NCBI GenBank assembly: GCA_965656065.1
Contig: CBFHIW010000003.1
Span: 23,035-87,034, forward strand
DNA length: 64,000 nt
DNA from: Luminiphilus sp.
GTDB lineage: Bacteria; Pseudomonadota; Gammaproteobacteria; Pseudomonadales; Halieaceae
Reading direction: 5' to 3'
This document shows positions 55,448 through 64,000 of this stretch, one piece after another. The notes under the pieces were generated by a model, which did not search any database, had not been told where the DNA came from, and saw only the letters and a list, made by a program, of their open reading frames with translations. Position numbers and translations under genes: made by a program. The stretch's first letter is position 1. Each line of letters starts with the position of its first letter.

Positions 55448-56425
55448 GTGAGTGCAACGATTTCGGTGGGTAGCGGCGAGATGCCCGTCATTGGGCTCGG
55501 TCTTTGGAAGATTTCGAGAGAGAACACCGCGGAGATGGTCCGCTCGGCCATTGCCGAGGGCTATCGCCACCTCGACAGCGCGGCGGACTATGGCAATGAA
55601 GCTGAGGTGGGCGAGGGGTTGCAGGCGGCACTGTCTGAAGGCCTCGTGACCCGTGACGAGCTCTGGGTCACCTCAAAGCTCTGGAATACCTATCACCGGC
55701 CCGAGCACGTGCGAGCAGCCTGCGAGCGCACCTTGCAAGATCTCCGCTTGAGCGAGCTGGACCTCTATCTCATTCACTTCCCGATTGCGCTCCAGTACGT
55801 CGACTTTGACACCCGCTACCCCCCGGAGTGGGTCGCCGACCCGGCTGCCCAGAACCCCGTGATGGTGCCCGACCCGGTTCCGCTCTCAGAGACCTGGGGC
55901 GCGATGGAGGAGCTGGTGCGTGCGGGGCTGGTCAAGGAGATCGGGGTTTGTAATTACAACACCGGGCTCCTCCATGATCTGATGGCGTACTCAAAGATCA
56001 AGCCGACCATGCTGCAGGTCGAGTCGCATCCCTACCTGACCCAGGAGCGGCTGCTGCGCGCCGCAGCGCAGTACGATATCGCGGTAACTGCGTTCTCCCC
56101 CTTGGGCGCGCTGTCTTATCTAGAGCTCGACATGGCCGAGGCGGGAGAGTCGGTGCTCGAGCAAGCCGCTGTCAAAGAGGCCGCCGCGCGATTAGACCGG
56201 ACCCCAGCTCAGGTGGTGTTGCGCTGGGGCATTCAACGGGGCACGGCGGTGATTCCAAAGACCAGCCGAGTGGAGCGCCTGAGAGAGAATCAGCTGCTAT
56301 TTGATTTTGAGTTGAACGAGGCCGAAATGACCGCGATCTCTGCCTTAAACCGCAACCGGCGATTTAATGATCCGGGCCACTTTTGTGAGGAAGCCTTTGG
56401 CACGTTTTTCCCCATCTATGACTGA
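55448..56425 (+). CDS. Aldo/keto reductase
   Basis: Trimmed to a GTG 8 nt after AAGGAGAG. MPVIGLGLWK, HLDSAADYGNE, LWNTYH, and IPKTS..ERLRENQ motifs of the AKR family. Confidence 0.85.
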   Translation: MSATISVGSGEMPVIGLGLWKISRENTAEMVRSAIAEGYRHLDSAADYGNEAEVGEGLQAALSEGLVTRDELWVTSKLWNTYHRPEHVRAACERTLQDLRLSELDLYLIHFPIALQYVDFDTRYPPEWVADPAAQNPVMVPDPVPLSETWGAMEELVRAGLVKEIGVCNYNTGLLHDLMAYSKIKPTMLQVESHPYLTQERLLRAAAQYDIAVTAFSPLGALSYLELDMAEAGESVLEQAAVKEAAARLDRTPAQVVLRWGIQRGTAVIPKTSRVERLRENQLLFDFELNEAEMTAISALNRNRRFNDPGHFCEEAFGTFFPIYD

Positions 56426-56539
56426 TGTGGCGACGGAGTTCGTGGGCGCGGGTATGGGTATGGGTGAGAGAATCGATAAGGGCAGAGTGATGGCTACGAG
56501 CGCGGGTACACATTCTGTGGTGCCCTCCGCGAGTTCAGC

Positions 56540-57511
56540 ATGACGAGGTTTGAAGCTCTGCCCGTTACCAGCCAGCAGCGTCATGGCGATGCGGATTTTC
56601 CGCTGGCATTGGTCGCCAAGGGCCCGGTGTCGCACCAGGATCTACGCGCCCAGTCAGCGGGACTCATGGAGCAACTGGCGACCCATGGCGCCATCCTCTT
56701 TCGTGGCTGCGGGGTCACGGATGCGCAGACCTTTGATGATTTCGTTGCCGGTTTTGAACTCCCGAATTTTTCCTATAACGAGTCACTGTCGAACGCGGTG
56801 CGGCACAACCGCACGCCACGCGTCTTCACCGCCAATGAGGCGCCGCAGGATGTCGAGATTTTTCTGCACCACGAGATGGCGCAGACCCCGTACTTCCCGA
56901 GTCACCTGTTTTTCCACTGTGAGCAGGCCGCTGCAGCGGGCGGCGCCACACCGCTGTGCCGCTCCGATGTGCTTCTCAAAAAACTGACGCAGCAGTTACC
57001 CGAGTTCGTGGCCCGCTGTAGAGCGCACGGCGCGCGCTACTCCCTCACCATGCCCGCCGAAGCCGACGCCACCTCGGGGCAGGGTAGGAGTTGGCGCCAG
57101 ACGCTCAATGTCGATACGAAAGAGGCGGCCGAGGCCAGGTTGGCAGCGCTTGAGTATGACTGGCAGTGGCTACCCGATGACGCAATTCGCACCACCACGC
57201 CGGCCCTCTCGCTCATTCGCCACGCGCCCTCGGGCAACGAGGTTTTCTTCAATCAGCTCATTGCTGCGTTTTGTGGCTGGCAGGATCAGCGCAACGAGGG
57301 CACCCGCTCGGTGACCTATGGTGATGGCTCTGCCTTTGACGATGCGGACGTGCAATCCGCGGTCGAGATTGCCTACGACCTCGTCTTCGACCTCCCCTGG
57401 GATTCTGGCGATGTGGCGTTGATCGATAACTATCAGGTCATGCATGGCCGGCGGCCTTTCTCGGGCCAGCGCAGCGTGCTGGCCTCGCTGTGTCTAGACC
57501 CGGGGGAGTGA
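56540..57511 (+). CDS. TauD/TfdA-family Fe(II)/2-oxoglutarate dioxygenase
   Basis: 323 aa. LHHEMA (H-x-E/D facial triad context), distal VMHGRRPF (His plus Arg) and GAILFRG N-terminal block, as in clavaminate-synthase-like/SyrP-type proteins. Confidence 0.7.
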   Translation: MTRFEALPVTSQQRHGDADFPLALVAKGPVSHQDLRAQSAGLMEQLATHGAILFRGCGVTDAQTFDDFVAGFELPNFSYNESLSNAVRHNRTPRVFTANEAPQDVEIFLHHEMAQTPYFPSHLFFHCEQAAAAGGATPLCRSDVLLKKLTQQLPEFVARCRAHGARYSLTMPAEADATSGQGRSWRQTLNVDTKEAAEARLAALEYDWQWLPDDAIRTTTPALSLIRHAPSGNEVFFNQLIAAFCGWQDQRNEGTRSVTYGDGSAFDDADVQSAVEIAYDLVFDLPWDSGDVALIDNYQVMHGRRPFSGQRSVLASLCLDPGE

Positions 57512-57517
57512 CCCCGC

Positions 57518-59554
57518 TTACAGGTTGATCGTGAGCGTGAGGCGCACCTGACGGGGCTCAAAGCGGTGAAAGTGCCGGTCCTCGACGCCCTCCAGTGGCT
57601 CACTGTCAAGTCTTGAGGGGTAGAAGTATTCGATATCCCGGTCATCGGAGTCGAACAGGTTCAGCACATCGGCGCGCAAAGCGTAGCGCCGACCGGCCCA
57701 CCCGAGTGACAGGTGAGCGAGAGTGGCGCTATGTGCCATAACGGAGCCGTCTTCGATCAGCGGTGCGCCATCGACGTAACGCACTCGCAGTGCGCCGAAC
57801 CAGCCTGCGGGGGTTTGCGCTGAGAGAGTGGCACTGGCCACGGTTTCCAGCGCCCCGGGGATATGACGCCCTTCGACCGCATTGTCGCTAAAGCGCGCGT
57901 CGGTCAAAGCGATATCCGCTTCGAGCGACCACACCTCGTCAATCATCCAAAAGTTGTTGAGCTCAAGGCCCCACCGCTCGCTGGGCCGGGTCGCTTCGGT
58001 GGTGCCGGCATCGCCCACGAACAACAGTTCCGAATCCAGCTGCAGGTACCACAGCGCCGCCGCCAGATTCCAGCGCTGCTGCCACTGGGTCTTCACCCCA
58101 AGCTCAGCGCCACGTGAACTGACCAGTGGGTTCACCGAAGACACGGCTTCGCCGGTAACAGGATCAATCTGCTGGGTCGCACCCCGCGCGTCGTTGGAGT
58201 GAAAGCCCTTCCCGGCACTCGCGTACCATTCGGTAACGGGGCTCGCGCGATAAATCAGGCTCGCTTTCGGGTTGATCAGGGTGTCTTGCTCGGTACCTGA
58301 GTTGCGCGGGTTTTCCGCGTCCACATCAAAGCGGAAGTGATCGGCCCGGGCACCCAGCACGGCCCGCCATCGCGGGCTCATTGACCAGATGGCTTCGTAG
58401 TGCGCGCCGAGGCTGGTTTCCTCGACCGCGTCCTGCCTCACGGTGCCGGTGCGAACCCTCGCTTGAGTGCGGTACAAGCCAACTGTGCTGATGTCGTCAT
58501 GCTGTACCGCAACGCCCCAGCGATGCTGCAGCGTGTCACTGGGGTTCCAGTGATGGTGGTAGCTCCCACCGAAAATGCGCCGGTCGTCAACCTGCTGAAA
58601 TTGATCGCCCCGTGCCGGGTCATCGAGTCGATAGGTGAAGTTGGAGTAGAGGTTCATCTCGTAGTCAATGAGATAAGCGGTCCAGCGCGTCGTGTGATCA
58701 TCCCGACTGCGTTGATATTCCCCCGAGAGGCTGGAACGTCGGGTATCGCCCCCCAGCGTCGTGTCAATCGAGCCCAGCGGTGATATCACGCCCGCAGTCA
58801 CCGCTCTCTCGGGTATCTGATCGGCGGCGTTCCACTCGTTGTCATAGTGCATCAGGGTGGTTTGCCATCGTGTGGCCTCGTCCCCGCCGCCCAGCTTCAG
58901 CAGCCCGTTCAGTTTTTTGACGTCCTCATCTACGTCAGTCCAGGCACCGTCATAGCGCTGGACCTCTACCGCACCCGCGAGCCGCGTGCTGCCTGCAGTC
59001 AGACTGCCCATGGCGAGCCCGCGATGAAAACCGTTCTCGCCCGCCGTCCACGCGAGCTGGTTATTGAAGACATCCGCCGTCTCAATCTCTGCGCCACCTG
59101 CTGAAGAGAAATCACCGAGCTCGGCGTGGTAAGGGCCCTTCACGAACTTAATGCGCGCGATGGTTTCCGGGATTAAAAAGTTAATGTCGGTGTAGCCCTG
59201 CCCGTGTCCGTGGCTGCGCAAATTGACGGGCATGCCGTCGATCGCAGTAGAGAAGTCGGTCCCGTGATCCAGATTAAATCCGCGCAGGAACATCTGGTTC
59301 GATTTACCCGAGCCGCTGTGCTGCGTGATGATTAGGCCGGGCACGGCTTCCAACACGTCGCCGGGTCGCAGTAGCGGTCTGATAGCGAGGTCCATCTGTC
59401 CAATGACCCCCTCGGAGGCGCTGCGTGCCTCGCCCGCGAGGTGTTCTCGTCGGCCGGTGACTATGAGCTCTTCGAGTGCCTCCTCGGCGGGGTGTGCACT
59501 GACATCTGCGGGCAGGCACAGAAAACACAATATGGCGGTGAGCGTGAAGCGCAT
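57518..59554 (-). CDS. TonB-dependent receptor
   Basis: Signal peptide, plug (EELIVTGRRE...PGLIITQHSGSGKSNQMFLRGFNLDHGTDF), and a beta-barrel to the C-terminus. 678 aa. Confidence 0.85.
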   Translation of the reverse strand: MRFTLTAILCFLCLPADVSAHPAEEALEELIVTGRREHLAGEARSASEGVIGQMDLAIRPLLRPGDVLEAVPGLIITQHSGSGKSNQMFLRGFNLDHGTDFSTAIDGMPVNLRSHGHGQGYTDINFLIPETIARIKFVKGPYHAELGDFSSAGGAEIETADVFNNQLAWTAGENGFHRGLAMGSLTAGSTRLAGAVEVQRYDGAWTDVDEDVKKLNGLLKLGGGDEATRWQTTLMHYDNEWNAADQIPERAVTAGVISPLGSIDTTLGGDTRRSSLSGEYQRSRDDHTTRWTAYLIDYEMNLYSNFTYRLDDPARGDQFQQVDDRRIFGGSYHHHWNPSDTLQHRWGVAVQHDDISTVGLYRTQARVRTGTVRQDAVEETSLGAHYEAIWSMSPRWRAVLGARADHFRFDVDAENPRNSGTEQDTLINPKASLIYRASPVTEWYASAGKGFHSNDARGATQQIDPVTGEAVSSVNPLVSSRGAELGVKTQWQQRWNLAAALWYLQLDSELLFVGDAGTTEATRPSERWGLELNNFWMIDEVWSLEADIALTDARFSDNAVEGRHIPGALETVASATLSAQTPAGWFGALRVRYVDGAPLIEDGSVMAHSATLAHLSLGWAGRRYALRADVLNLFDSDDRDIEYFYPSRLDSEPLEGVEDRHFHRFEPRQVRLTLTINL

Positions 59555-59557
59555 TGA

Positions 59558-59571
59558 AGTTCGATCGAACT
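59558..59571. promoter_or_regulatory. Perfect 14-bp palindrome AGTTCGATCGAACT abutting the TBDR start codon
   Basis: Read directly. It begins 4 nt upstream of the minus-strand ATG (59552-59554), where an SD sequence would normally sit. No obvious SD is present. Confidence 0.4.
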
Positions 59572-59726
59572 GGTCAGGCGCGGAGTATAGACGCTGACTG
59601 TTGGTTAGCTAGTTCGCGCTGCAATCGTATTGCGGATGCGAGAAAGCGCCAACCGGCTCATAAGGGCTGGCCTGTGTATACTCGTGCGCAAGGGCAGTAC
59701 GCCACAGAATAAAAAGCGCGGTACTT

Positions 59727-61226
59727 TTGGCTCAACAAATCGACAGAGTGAATTTCGGGCTCTCGGTCACCGTACTGCTGGGCCTGACACTGCCGTTGTT
59801 GGTGTTCCCCAGTGAAACTGCGGCCATCCTCGCGACGGCCTATGCGTGGATCGCAGACACTTTTGGTTGGTTCTACATACTGACCGGCGCCGTGACGTTT
59901 GGTTTGGTGCTCTACATTGCCTTTGGTCCCTACGGCACCATCCGCTTGGGCGACGCCGAGCCCGAGTTTCCGACCCTCAGCTGGGTGGGTATGTTGTTCG
60001 GAGCAGGCATTGGTTCGGGCATGCTCTACTGGAGCGCCATTGAGTGGGCCTACTATGTGCAGGCCCCGCCCTTTGGCGCCGAGCCTTTCTCCGATAAAGC
60101 CTACGATTGGGCGGCTTCCTACGGGCTGCATCACTGGGGCTTTGTCGCCTGGGCTTTCTACAGCTTACCGACGCTGGCCATTGCCTACCCGTTTTATGTG
60201 CGCAAAGTACCGCAACTGAAATACAGTAATTCCGCGCAATACTGGCTAAAGGGCAGGGAGCGCTCTTGGCTGGCACGGCTCATGGACAGCTTTTTCATGA
60301 TTGCCCTGATTGGCGGTGCGGGGAGTTCTCTCGGGATTTCCACGCCCCTGATATCGGCCTTTGTATCAAGACTCACGGGCGTACCCGACGGATTCGCTCT
60401 CGAGGTCGCAGTGGTAGTTCTTTGTGTCGCACTGTTCTCGCTCAGTGTTTGGCTGGGTCTGAGTCGCGGTATCCGCAGGCTGAGCGATGTGAATATCGCG
60501 CTGGCGTTTCTTTTTCTGCTCTTCATTTTGTTCGCCGGCGACACACTCTTTATTTTGCGCATGGCGGTGAACTCGGTGGGGCACCTGCTCCAGAACACGT
60601 TGGCGATGACCTTCTGGACAGACCCAATCGCCAATACCGGCTTTGTCGGTGACTGGACGGTCTTCTACTGGGCATGGTGGATTGCCTACGGCCCCTTCGT
60701 CGGTATTTTTGTGGCCCGCATCTCCCGGGGGCGTACCCTGCGCGAAGTGGTGTTCGGCATGCTGTGCCTGGGCTCTTTGGGCGTGTGGCTGTTCTTCTTT
60801 GTGCTGGGCAACCACACCTTGGGGTTACAGCTGAGCGGTGCCGTCGACGTGATTGGCGTGATGAACGCTGAAAATGGTAACGCAGCGATTGTGGCGGGGC
60901 TCGATGTGCTACCACTGGCTGCCGTGGCAATTGGGCTGTTTTGTCTCGTGGCGGTGATTTTTGTGGCCACCACTTACGACAGTGCCTCTTATACGTTGGC
61001 GGCGACTGCTTCGACTGAAATGGGGCCATCTGAAGACCCGGCGCGCTGGCACCGCTTGTTCTGGGCGATTGCCATTGCAGCGCTGCCAATCGGACTCATG
61101 TACGCCGGCGGGGTGCGCGAGGCGCAAACCGCCACGCTGGTGGTCTCGCTACCCCTGACGTTCACTTTCTGGCTGTCGGGCATTGCCCTGCTGAAATCGT
61201 TGCGCGCCGACCACCCTCCGCGATAA
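59727..61226 (+). CDS. BCCT-family (betaine/carnitine/choline) transporter
   Basis: WTVFYWAWWIAYGPFVGIFVARISRGRTLRE is the BCCT signature block. 12 TM segments. The start codon is uncertain (TTG 59727, no clear SD). Confidence 0.9.
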   Translation: MAQQIDRVNFGLSVTVLLGLTLPLLVFPSETAAILATAYAWIADTFGWFYILTGAVTFGLVLYIAFGPYGTIRLGDAEPEFPTLSWVGMLFGAGIGSGMLYWSAIEWAYYVQAPPFGAEPFSDKAYDWAASYGLHHWGFVAWAFYSLPTLAIAYPFYVRKVPQLKYSNSAQYWLKGRERSWLARLMDSFFMIALIGGAGSSLGISTPLISAFVSRLTGVPDGFALEVAVVVLCVALFSLSVWLGLSRGIRRLSDVNIALAFLFLLFILFAGDTLFILRMAVNSVGHLLQNTLAMTFWTDPIANTGFVGDWTVFYWAWWIAYGPFVGIFVARISRGRTLREVVFGMLCLGSLGVWLFFFVLGNHTLGLQLSGAVDVIGVMNAENGNAAIVAGLDVLPLAAVAIGLFCLVAVIFVATTYDSASYTLAATASTEMGPSEDPARWHRLFWAIAIAALPIGLMYAGGVREAQTATLVVSLPLTFTFWLSGIALLKSLRADHPPR

Positions 61227-61333
61227 AACAGCATCTCTCACAGGCTGCGCTGTCCTATGGCAATGGCGCGGCGCTGCGTTGCCCTGAAGTGGCCAGCGGG
61301 CGATAGCTCGGGATAAAGGAGTTGCCTTTCGCC

Positions 61334-62116
61334 ATGACAGACCAACCTGTTGCGCTGATATCGGCTGGTGCCTCAGGCATCGGGCTGGCCTGCGCCCGAG
61401 CACTGGCGGAGGCGGGTCATCGTGTGCTCACCCTCGATATTGATAGTGAGGCCATCGCGCGATTTCAGGATGAGTTTGGCGAGGGCAGTGGGGTGGTCTG
61501 CGACGTAGCCGATGCGGCGCAGGTCGAAGTGGCTTTTCATTCTTTGGTTGATCCTCACCAACGGGTTGATCTCTTATTTAATAACGCGGGTGTTGCCGGC
61601 CCACAACAGCCGGTAGAAGACATGGAGGTGGCGGCGTGGCAGTCGACGATCGACACCGACCTCAACAGCCTCTTCTATCTCACGCGTCTGGTGATCCCGC
61701 TGATGAAATCTCAGCACAGCGGTCTCATTCTGAACATGTCATCCAGCGCGGGCCGTTACGGCTGCCCGATGCGCTCCCCCTACGTGGCAGCCAAATGGGC
61801 GGCAATTGGTCTGGCCCAGACTTGGGCGATGGAGCTGGGCCCCTGGAATATCAGAGTGAATGCGCTGTGCCCCGGCAGTGTGGGCGGGGAGCGGATTGAT
61901 CGCGTGATTGACCGCGATGCCGCAGAGCGCGGCGTGACGCCCGATGAGATCCGCGAGGTCTATCAACGCCAAAGCTCGCTCAGAGATTTTGTGAGTGCCG
62001 AGGACATCGCCGCGATGGTGTGTTTTCTCGCAGGCCCCGGTGGTCGAATGATCTCCGGCCAAACCCTCGGTATCGACGGCCATACCGAGAGTCTCGCTAA
62101 CTGGCTGGACCCCTAA
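61334..62116 (+). CDS. Short-chain dehydrogenase/reductase (SDR)
   Basis: Trimmed to MTDQPVALISAGASGIGLA (AAGGAG upstream). NNAG, and S...YVAAK catalytic motif. Confidence 0.85.
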   Translation: MTDQPVALISAGASGIGLACARALAEAGHRVLTLDIDSEAIARFQDEFGEGSGVVCDVADAAQVEVAFHSLVDPHQRVDLLFNNAGVAGPQQPVEDMEVAAWQSTIDTDLNSLFYLTRLVIPLMKSQHSGLILNMSSSAGRYGCPMRSPYVAAKWAAIGLAQTWAMELGPWNIRVNALCPGSVGGERIDRVIDRDAAERGVTPDEIREVYQRQSSLRDFVSAEDIAAMVCFLAGPGGRMISGQTLGIDGHTESLANWLDP

Positions 62117-62126
62117 GGATGAATCG

Positions 62127-63110
62127 ATGAAAGCGTGCTGGTTTGAGGCATTCGGTGCGGCGCAGGACGTGCTACAGCAGGGTGATTGGCCCACACCTGA
62201 GCCCGGTCCGGGCGAGGTGCTAGTGCACCTCCACACCACCGGTGTGAACCCCTCTGATGTGAAAAAACGCGCCGGGGCCTTCCCAGACTTGTTGGAAGCC
62301 GGGCCGGTGATACCCCACAGCGATGGCGCGGGAGTGATTTCAGCAGTGGGTGAGGGTGTGTCGCCGTCTCGCGTGGGTGAGCGGGTGTTTGTTTATCAGG
62401 CGCAATACGGCCGCCAGTTGGGTACCGCCGCGGACTATGTGGCGCTCGACAGCGTCCGCGCACCAATGCTGCCCGAGAACGCTTCGTTTGAGGTGGGGGC
62501 GTGTATTGGCATTCCCATCATGACAGCCCACCGCTGCGTGTTCGCTGATGGCATCGTTGCCGGTCAGTTGATACTCGTTACAGGTGGTGCGGGCCGGGTT
62601 GGTCACTACGCCATTCAGTGGGCGCATCGCGCCGGCGCGCGCGTGATTGCGACGGCGAGTAACGAACAAGACGCTGCAGCCTGCCGGGAAGCCGGCGCCG
62701 AGGCGGTGGTGAACCATCGCGAACCTGAGTGGGGGAAGGCGGTTCTGGATCTGACCGGGGGGCAAAAGATCGATCGGGTGGTCGACGTAGAGTTCGGCGC
62801 CAACCTGCCCGAGCTGCTGCGCTGCGTGAGGATCGGCGCCACGATTGCGACGTACTCCAGTACCGTGGTGCCGGAACCTGCACTACCCTTCAGGACCATG
62901 ATGTTTATGGATCTCACGGTCCGCATGGTCATCGTTTACGCCATGCCGGAGGAGGCCAAGGCGAAGGCGGTGGCGGATACCCAAGCGGCGTTGACAGAGG
63001 ATGGCCTGCAGCACCGCATTGCCGAAACGCTACCATTCGATCAGATGGCGAAGGCCCACGAGATCATTGAAGCAGGGAGGGTGCGCGGATGCGTCGTCGT
63101 GGCGATTTAG
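62127..63110 (+). CDS. NADPH:quinone-reductase-like medium-chain dehydrogenase (zeta-crystallin type)
   Basis: GEVLVHLHTTGVNPSD, and a LVTGGAGRVGHYAIQ nucleotide-binding motif. No structural-Zn Cys cluster. 327 aa. Confidence 0.85.
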   Translation: MKACWFEAFGAAQDVLQQGDWPTPEPGPGEVLVHLHTTGVNPSDVKKRAGAFPDLLEAGPVIPHSDGAGVISAVGEGVSPSRVGERVFVYQAQYGRQLGTAADYVALDSVRAPMLPENASFEVGACIGIPIMTAHRCVFADGIVAGQLILVTGGAGRVGHYAIQWAHRAGARVIATASNEQDAAACREAGAEAVVNHREPEWGKAVLDLTGGQKIDRVVDVEFGANLPELLRCVRIGATIATYSSTVVPEPALPFRTMMFMDLTVRMVIVYAMPEEAKAKAVADTQAALTEDGLQHRIAETLPFDQMAKAHEIIEAGRVRGCVVVAI

Positions 63111-63127
63111 CTTTCCAGTCCAGTGGG

Positions 63128-64000
63128 ATGGTGCGCCTGCTACTGGCTGGCACGTTGGTGGGAATCGGCATGCTAGGCCTCGCTGGTTGCGGGAGGGAGC
63201 CGGGGTCACCCTCAGTGCAACTGGGCGACACCGTGATGACGGGTGTCTACGAGACAAATGGCATCGCCGCGTTTCTCGGGTTGCCATTTGCCGAACCGCC
63301 GGTGGGTGAGCGGCGCTGGGCGCGGCCAGTGCCCTGGCAGCCCGACGGACAATCGATCGACGCCTCCACTTTTGCGCCCGCCTGCATGCAAACGGATAGT
63401 GGTGTCGAGTGGTACCGGGGCATGATGGAGCGGGTGGGTATTGACCCCAATCTCATGGTGGCGCCTGAGTACTCCGAAGATTGCTTGTACCTCAATGTGT
63501 GGACGGATCTGGAGGCCGAGGAGCCGCTCCCGGTCATGATTTACATCCACGGTGGTGGTAACACGGGGGGGTGGAGCTACGAGCCGAACTACCACGGTGA
63601 GCAGTTGGCCCAGCAGGGCATGGTGGTGGTTTCCGTTGCCTATCGGCTGGGGATATTTGGCTGGCTCAACCACCCCGAGATGACGATCAAGAACCCAGCA
63701 CTACATGATCTCGCTGCGAGTCTGGCCTGGGTGCACGAACACATTGCCGCGTTTGGTGGCGACCCCGAGCGCATCACGGTGGTGGGGGAATCTGCGGGCG
63801 CCGACAACGCGATCCATCTGGCGATCTCGCCGTTGAGCCAGAGCCGCATACGTAGACTGATTCATCAAAGTGGCGGGTGGTCTTTTGATGAAGGGCCGGA
63901 CACCTCCGCCGCAGAGGCGCACGCGCTGGCATTCCAGAAAGAGTTGTTGGGCGAATCGGGTTCGCTGGCGGGACTTCGCGAGATGTCTGCATCGGAACTG
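63128..64000 (+). CDS. Carboxylesterase type B lipoprotein (3' end outside window)
   Basis: Absent from the ORF track because it is open to the window end. MVRLLLAGTLVGIGMLGLAGC lipobox. FLGLPFAEPPVGERRW, EDCLYLNVW, IHGGG and GESAGA are type-B carboxylesterase signatures. Confidence 0.85.
   Translation, partial: MVRLLLAGTLVGIGMLGLAGCGREPGSPSVQLGDTVMTGVYETNGIAAFLGLPFAEPPVGERRWARPVPWQPDGQSIDASTFAPACMQTDSGVEWYRGMMERVGIDPNLMVAPEYSEDCLYLNVWTDLEAEEPLPVMIYIHGGGNTGGWSYEPNYHGEQLAQQGMVVVSVAYRLGIFGWLNHPEMTIKNPALHDLAASLAWVHEHIAAFGGDPERITVVGESAGADNAIHLAISPLSQSRIRRLIHQSGGWSFDEGPDTSAAEAHALAFQKELLGESGSLAGLREMSASEL

Noticed and set aside
56450-56465. GGGTAT GGGTAT GGGT micro-tandem repeat between the AKR and TauD genes.
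   Set aside because: It has only about 2.7 copies of a hexamer, with no flanking structure or recurrence. It is most likely trivial.
62127-63110. Calling the MDR-family gene acuI (acrylate/acryloyl-CoA reductase) because of the DMSP-related context (BCCT, DmdA-like).
   Set aside because: The sequence looks like the zeta-crystallin/Qor type rather than the YhdH/AcuI type I remember, and it is 17 kb from the DmdA-like gene. Evidence is insufficient.

Overview
High-GC (about 60%) chromosomal window that looks like ordinary bacterial housekeeping and accessory metabolism. The gene content suggests a marine gammaproteobacterium: two TonB-dependent receptors, a sulfatase, DUF3604, a CYP153 P450, BCCT and SSS transporters, and a DmdA-like enzyme. 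That taxonomic call is inference only. I support about 56 protein-coding genes in short operons. They include a compatible-solute pair (GpgS-like glycosyltransferase plus GH13_18 phosphorylase), HIT/LMW-PTP/dtd, and a glutathione-dependent formaldehyde detoxification pair (adhC-fghA). Also present are acetoacetyl-CoA synthetase, tdk, a TetR/tandem-DsbA/sulfatase/TBDR neighbourhood, and a GST-NMO-DUF3604 block. The remainder comprises a thiolase pair opposite a carotenoid oxygenase, a GcvT/DmdA-like enzyme with an MFS permease and a homocysteine methyltransferase, a TetR-MFP-RND efflux operon, an SSS-oxidoreductase block and a BCCT-led block. I found no rRNA, tRNA, CRISPR array, transposase, integrase, phage gene or recognisable defence system. 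The most unusual signal I can see directly is a bipartite about 22-nt element, TTGrCA-N7-TGCCAATA(G/T). It recurs five times, always in promoter regions and always pointing at the downstream gene. Other leads are a divergent secreted PLC/P1-type zinc phosphoesterase, an orphan CYP153, an orphan PPTase, a truncated GST remnant and several clusters of domain-of-unknown-function genes. Many ORF-track entries are GC-driven shadow ORFs or 5'-over-extended calls. I trimmed starts using RBS, signal-peptide and homology logic. Hand-derived motif coordinates may be off by 1 nt.
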